Source: Planctomycetota bacterium | GTDB taxonomy: Bacteria; Planctomycetota; GCA-002687715; CAIWVZ01 | Assembly: GCA_044222185.1 (NCBI GenBank) | Contig: JBGANV010000004.1 | Location: forward strand, 1 to 64,000 | DNA: 64,000 nt | Direction: 5' to 3' | Position numbers and translations under genes: made by a program | Shown here: positions 59,878-64,000 of the stretch, in pieces | Position numbering within the stretch: position 1 is the first letter of the stretch | How the letters are laid out: every line of letters begins with the position of its first letter | Notes under the pieces: generated by a model | Told to the model about the DNA's origin: nothing | The model's database searches: none | The model's input: only the letters and a program-made list of their open reading frames with translations

Positions 59878-60443
59878 ATGATCCTCTGGAGACCGGTGGG
59901 ATTGGCGGAGATGGCGCTGATCTTCGACTCGGAGATGTGCGCGTTTCCTCCGCGGTCGCCTGTGCAGCCGATCTTCTACCCCGTGCCCGATGCCGAACAC
60001 GCCACACGCAGATCGCACGGGACTGGAACACGAAGGAGGCGCCCTTTGCCGGGCGCGTCGTCCGGTTCGAGGTCCCGGACGCCTATGCGCGGCAATTCGA
60101 CGTCCAGGTCGTCGGCAGCGCGTCGCGCCGGGAGTTGTGGGTGCGGGCGGAGGACCTGGTCGAATTCAATGCGATGATCGTGGCGCCGATCGTTGCCGAG
60201 CGCGCGTTCTTCGGACGTCGGCATCGTGCGTCCGCGTCGCCGTCGTTGACGCTCGAAGCCGCTTCGCGAGACGTCGCGGCGGCCGTCGCCAGCCACGTCC
60301 GCGAAGTATTCCGGAGCTTCCCGTGGTGGAAGGTCGCCCCCGATCGCTCCGGACCCTTCGGGGACGACGAACGTGACGCCTGCATCGCCCGGATCCGCCA
60401 GGCGTGGGCCGGACTCCCGGGCGGTCCGTCGCTGATCGAATGA
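59878..60443 (+). pseudogene. Frameshifted 'ADP-ribosylation/crystallin J1'-type small protein (pseudogene or assembly error)
   Basis: Frame A LWRPVGLAE..LI....AFPPR.P.QPIFYPV..EHA continues in frame B TQIARDWN...G.V.RFEV...VVG.....ELWV.AE.L.EFN; extra AC dinucleotide in GCCACACGCAG at about 60004. Confidence 0.75.
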
Positions 60444-60510
60444 GTGGATCTCGTCGATCACGATCGTTGCCGACGACCTGCCGCGTTCCGTCGGTCGCGC
60501 GACGCAAGGC

Positions 60511-61410
60511 ATGCTGCCCATCGGCGGTCACGATGCGTTCGACCTGGATCCCACTCGCGTTCGTCGTTTCAGGCGCGCTCGATGTGCAGGGCGCGGCCGA
60601 GACTCGGCCGTCCGCGTCGCCGGATCTGCTGGTCATGGCCGCAGCGTTCGCCAGCGCACTGGGGACGTGTTCGTCGCAGTCGGTGAGAGGGAGGCACTGC
60701 GCAGGGGCATGGCGCCCCCGCCGATGATGGGGGAGTCCGTCGGCCTGGAGTGGCTCGGATGTCCCCTCACGCGCCAGCCCGCCGAAGCGCCCGCGTCCAC
60801 GGTGGAACCATTCAATGCGACGCCGCGCTCACGTCGCGTGGCTGCGGTGGAGACCAAAGGCCCGAACGCGCCGGCGCTGGGTGGCCGCGCGATCTCGCTC
60901 GTCCCATCGGGGCAGGCGTTCGGCGAGCAACTGACGGCGGAGCTCGTCGCTTCCGGGTTTCAGATCTGGCTCGCCGACGATGGCCTGCGGACGCCGCCCT
61001 GTCGCGCGGAGTTCGAGAACGGATGGACCCGATCCCCGATCACCGGTTGGGACGTCGACGTGGGGCAGGACACGTTCTTTCGCGATCCGCGCTTTGCGAT
61101 CTGCCGCGTGGGACCGCGGATCATCGTCGACCTCACCCCGGGCACGGCGGCGGGGACTGAGATCGTCTCCGTGCGGATCAGCGCGCTCGACCCGGCGACG
61201 CCGAGCGTTGGCACCGTCGTTCCGTCGTGGACCATCAAGGTCGATGACGACCTGTTCGCGGTCGTCCGCCAGATCCCCATGCCGGGCCAGGGCCAGGGCA
61301 CGGCGGGCTCGACTTGCGATTTGTGGCTTTCCGTCGAGCGCGCCGAGGCGATCGGAGTGCGGGGGATGCCCTGCGGATGGGAACGACGATCGCGGACGCC
61401 ACATCGGTGA
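60511..61410 (+). CDS. Hypothetical protein; 5' end doubtful, possibly frameshifted
   Basis: C-terminal two-thirds looks globular; a signal-peptide-like start (ATG 60533) is in another frame. Confidence 0.4.
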   Translation: MLPIGGHDAFDLDPTRVRRFRRARCAGRGRDSAVRVAGSAGHGRSVRQRTGDVFVAVGEREALRRGMAPPPMMGESVGLEWLGCPLTRQPAEAPASTVEPFNATPRSRRVAAVETKGPNAPALGGRAISLVPSGQAFGEQLTAELVASGFQIWLADDGLRTPPCRAEFENGWTRSPITGWDVDVGQDTFFRDPRFAICRVGPRIIVDLTPGTAAGTEIVSVRISALDPATPSVGTVVPSWTIKVDDDLFAVVRQIPMPGQGQGTAGSTCDLWLSVERAEAIGVRGMPCGWERRSRTPHR

Positions 61411-61434
61411 CATGCTCCCTCGCGCGTGCCGCGA

Positions 61435-61986
61435 TCAATCCGCCTGCCGCGCCAGCGCCACGCGCTGGAATGCGACGTGGTCCTCGGCGCTGAACACGAC
61501 GAAGACCACGTGTGACAGCGTGGCGTTTGGATGACTGCTCGCCCAGTCGTTCGCAGCAGCCAGCATGGCTTCGGCGCAAACGTCCACGGGGAGCGCGCCG
61601 ACGCCGGTCGCGAGGGCGGGGAACGCGATCGAGCGGCAACCGTGACGCTGCGCCAGATCGAGACTGGCGAGCACGGCCCTGCGGATGATCGGCCCGCTCG
61701 AGAGGCTCCCGGGATGTTTGGGCGTGAGATCGTCCTGCGGGCGATATCCCATGGCGGCGGCGTGAATGACGAAGCGGTTCGGCAGCGTGCCAGCCTTCGT
61801 GATGACGGCGTCGCCGAGCGCGATGGGACCCTGGGGCACGGCTTCGGCCTCGATCGAAGGGCCGCCTGCGCGCGCGATCGCGCCAGCGACGCCCGACCCG
61901 AGCCACAACTCCGTGTTGGCCGCGTTCACGATGGCATCCACGTCGGGGAGCCGCGTGATGTCGCCGCGTCTGAGCTCGATGTGCAT
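61435..61986 (-). CDS. Macro domain protein (O-acetyl-ADP-ribose deacetylase / ADP-ribose hydrolase-like)
   Basis: GDIT...DAIVNAAN..L..GSGVAGAI..AGG, FVIHAA, SIAFPALATGVG. Confidence 0.93.
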   Translation of the reverse strand: MHIELRRGDITRLPDVDAIVNAANTELWLGSGVAGAIARAGGPSIEAEAVPQGPIALGDAVITKAGTLPNRFVIHAAAMGYRPQDDLTPKHPGSLSSGPIIRRAVLASLDLAQRHGCRSIAFPALATGVGALPVDVCAEAMLAAANDWASSHPNATLSHVVFVVFSAEDHVAFQRVALARQAD

Positions 61987-62089
61987 GGGGGTGCTCTCGT
62001 CGGAGCGTACCACGGCCGGCGGAGTCTGAGCGCGAGGGTGAGTGCCGCATTGATCGTGAACCGAGCCTCTGTGAGACTGCCCGCTCCCG

Positions 62090-63205
62090 ATGACGTTCAT
62101 CTACACATGGAGCGCGGGCATCGTTGCGGCGACCATCGTCCTCGCGCTCTTGTGGCGTGGCGTGCTGCTCGTCCGCGGAATCCGGCCCCCGAGGCCGTTC
62201 TGGAAGGTCCTTCTGTGGCACGCTCTGTCGTTCGCGTTCCATGCCGTCGTCACCGTGCCGCTCACCCTCGGATGGTTCGGCACGCACATCGTCGGCACGC
62301 GCCCCGATGAACGCGGATACGCCGGGCCGCGCATCGACGCGCAGGGGCAGTGGATTCATCAGAGCCGCGAGAGTTTGCGCGCCGACGCGGCCGCGGGCGC
62401 CGCGACGCGACCGGCAGCCGTGGGCAACGGCGGCGTCGAGACGGTTTCGCTGACGGCGACCGACGGAGTCGCGCTGCGCGCGTTCCACGTTCCGCCGCCG
62501 TCGCGGCCACCCGCGTTCTCCGTGGTGCTGGTCCACGGGCTGTTTCGCGGTGGTCTGGAACTCGAGCCGCCGGCGATCATGTTTCGCGATCTCGGCGGCG
62601 ATGTGCTGATGCTGGAGATGCGCAACCACGGGGCGAGCGGCAAGGCCGCGCCCACGTTCGGGCGCAACGAGGCTCGCGACGTGCTGAGCGCCGTGGCTTG
62701 GTTCCGGAACCGTCCCGAGAGCGCGAACCGCAAGCTCGTGCTGTTCGGAGTGAGCCTCGGAAGCGTGGCAGTGGCGCTCGCGGCTCCAGACGTTCCCGAT
62801 CTGGCAGGGATCGTCCTCGACGCGCCCGCCGACGAACTCCTGCAAGTCGCTCACCGGATGCTCGGGCGCGATCCCCGTCCAGGTCAGCGAACGTTCGCGA
62901 TGAAGCAGCCGTTCCGATCGGTCACCATCGCCTCCGTCGAGTTCTGGTCGGGCGTGCACCTGGCGGAGATCCGACCGCTTGACGCGATCCCGAGGCTGTC
63001 TCCGAGCACCGCGGCCCTCATCATCGGCGGCGGAAGTGACGTGCGCATGCCGCCGGACGTGGTGCGCTCCGTCTTCGATGCGGTGCCCGCGCCGGCCGCG
63101 CGCAAGGAGCTCTGGATCCGCGACGGCTCGGATCACGGAGTGGTGTGGGTGGACGATCCCGCGGGATATCGTGAGCGCCTCCAGCGGCTCGTCGAGCGGT
63201 TGTGA
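62090..63205 (+). CDS. Membrane-anchored alpha/beta hydrolase
   Basis: Two N-terminal TM segments; VLVHG, MRNHGAS, TFG..EARDV, GVSLG, D, DHG. Confidence 0.88.
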   Translation: MTFIYTWSAGIVAATIVLALLWRGVLLVRGIRPPRPFWKVLLWHALSFAFHAVVTVPLTLGWFGTHIVGTRPDERGYAGPRIDAQGQWIHQSRESLRADAAAGAATRPAAVGNGGVETVSLTATDGVALRAFHVPPPSRPPAFSVVLVHGLFRGGLELEPPAIMFRDLGGDVLMLEMRNHGASGKAAPTFGRNEARDVLSAVAWFRNRPESANRKLVLFGVSLGSVAVALAAPDVPDLAGIVLDAPADELLQVAHRMLGRDPRPGQRTFAMKQPFRSVTIASVEFWSGVHLAEIRPLDAIPRLSPSTAALIIGGGSDVRMPPDVVRSVFDAVPAPAARKELWIRDGSDHGVVWVDDPAGYRERLQRLVERL

Positions 63206-63219
63206 GATGGGGAATGTGC

Positions 63220-64000
63220 ATGAAGCTCAATGCGTGGATCGCCGGCGCGGCGGTCGCGGGTGTGATGATCGGATGCGGGGGCGTGTCGTCCTCGCCGGCG
63301 CCCGTGAAGGAGACGATGGTTCCCGCTGACACCGGCGTGGATCCGCAGTGGGTGACGGCGCTGTTCTCGGACTACGCCGCGCCAGGGGGGCCCGGCGCCG
63401 CCGTCATGGTGCTGAAGGATGGCGACGTGGCGTTCGCACGCGGGTTCGGGCTCGCGGACGTGGAGACCGGCGCCGCGATCGGCACGAGGACGTGCTTCCG
63501 GCTGGCCTCGCTCACGAAGGCGATGACGGCGACGGCGGCGCTCCTGCTGGTGCAGGACGGCAAGCTCACGCTCGACACGAAGGTCACGGAAGTCTTGCTG
63601 GATTTTCCCGCCTACGGCCGCGCGATCACCGTGCGTCACCTGCTCGCGCACACGTCGGGGCTCGTGGAGGTGGAGGATTCGGTGCCGGCCGATGCGCCGC
63701 GACAGATCCTCGACAAGGACGTCGTCGCCATGCTCGCGCTTCAGAAGGGGACGGAGTTCGAGCCGGGCTCGAAGTTCGCCTACAGCAATTCCGGCTACGC
63801 CATGCTCGCCGTGATGATCGAGCAGGTTTCGGGGATGGCGTTCGCGGAGTTCCTGCGGACGCGCGTGTTCGAGCCGCTCGGGATGTCGACGGCGGTCGCG
63901 TTCGAGCAGGGGACTTCCACCATCGCCGATCGCGCGTTCGGTCATCAGCGCAAGGACGATCGGTGGGTGAAGGCCGATCAGAGTCCGACCAGCGCGGTCC
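63220..64000 (+). CDS. Serine hydrolase, beta-lactamase/AmpC-like family lipoprotein (3'-truncated; absent from the ORF track)
   Basis: Translated by hand: MKLNAWIAGAAVAGVMIGC (lipobox-like), PGAAV, FRLASLTK (SxxK), HLLAHTSGL, YSNSGY, FEPLGM. Confidence 0.9.
   Translation, partial: MKLNAWIAGAAVAGVMIGCGGVSSSPAPVKETMVPADTGVDPQWVTALFSDYAAPGGPGAAVMVLKDGDVAFARGFGLADVETGAAIGTRTCFRLASLTKAMTATAALLLVQDGKLTLDTKVTEVLLDFPAYGRAITVRHLLAHTSGLVEVEDSVPADAPRQILDKDVVAMLALQKGTEFEPGSKFAYSNSGYAMLAVMIEQVSGMAFAEFLRTRVFEPLGMSTAVAFEQGTSTIADRAFGHQRKDDRWVKADQSPTSAV

Noticed and set aside
1-64000. tRNA or rRNA genes, including selC
   Set aside because: No cloverleaf or rRNA-like segment recognised by eye; tRNAscan-SE or Infernal would be needed to exclude them formally.

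Overview
High-GC bacterial DNA, most likely from a Planctomycetota (DUF1501 next to a DUF1549/DUF1553 cytochrome c gene, ECF sigma/Ser-Thr kinase pairs, many secreted proteins). About 43 credible CDSs; no rRNA, tRNA, CRISPR array, integrase or transposase recognised. Most long ORFs in the supplied track are GC-rich antisense shadows, and many start codons needed trimming. Highlights: (1) a TlpA-like redoxin split in the ORF track by an in-frame TGA at the first position of its CxxC motif, with a SECIS-like hairpin, so very likely a selenoprotein (21802-22923); (2) a complete, translationally coupled five-gene MoxR-vWA-beta-propeller (bpX) ternary conflict operon (26147-34171) with a divergent nuclease-like gene; (3) two tandem paralogous secreted proteins with 14 aligned Cys, of a family I do not recognise, followed by a C-type lectin gene (50941-55177); (4) a shared ~110-125 aa C-terminal domain on four otherwise unrelated secreted proteins, plus a near-universal Gln at the predicted mature N-terminus, which together suggest a lineage-specific sorting or maturation system; (5) a 213-bp REP-doublet tandem array; (6) two ECF-kinase modules flanking an ATP-grasp-like ligase and a DUF6259-like gene; (7) a frameshifted 'ADP-ribosylation/crystallin J1'-type gene near a macrodomain gene. 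All family assignments come from motif recognition by eye, not from database searches.
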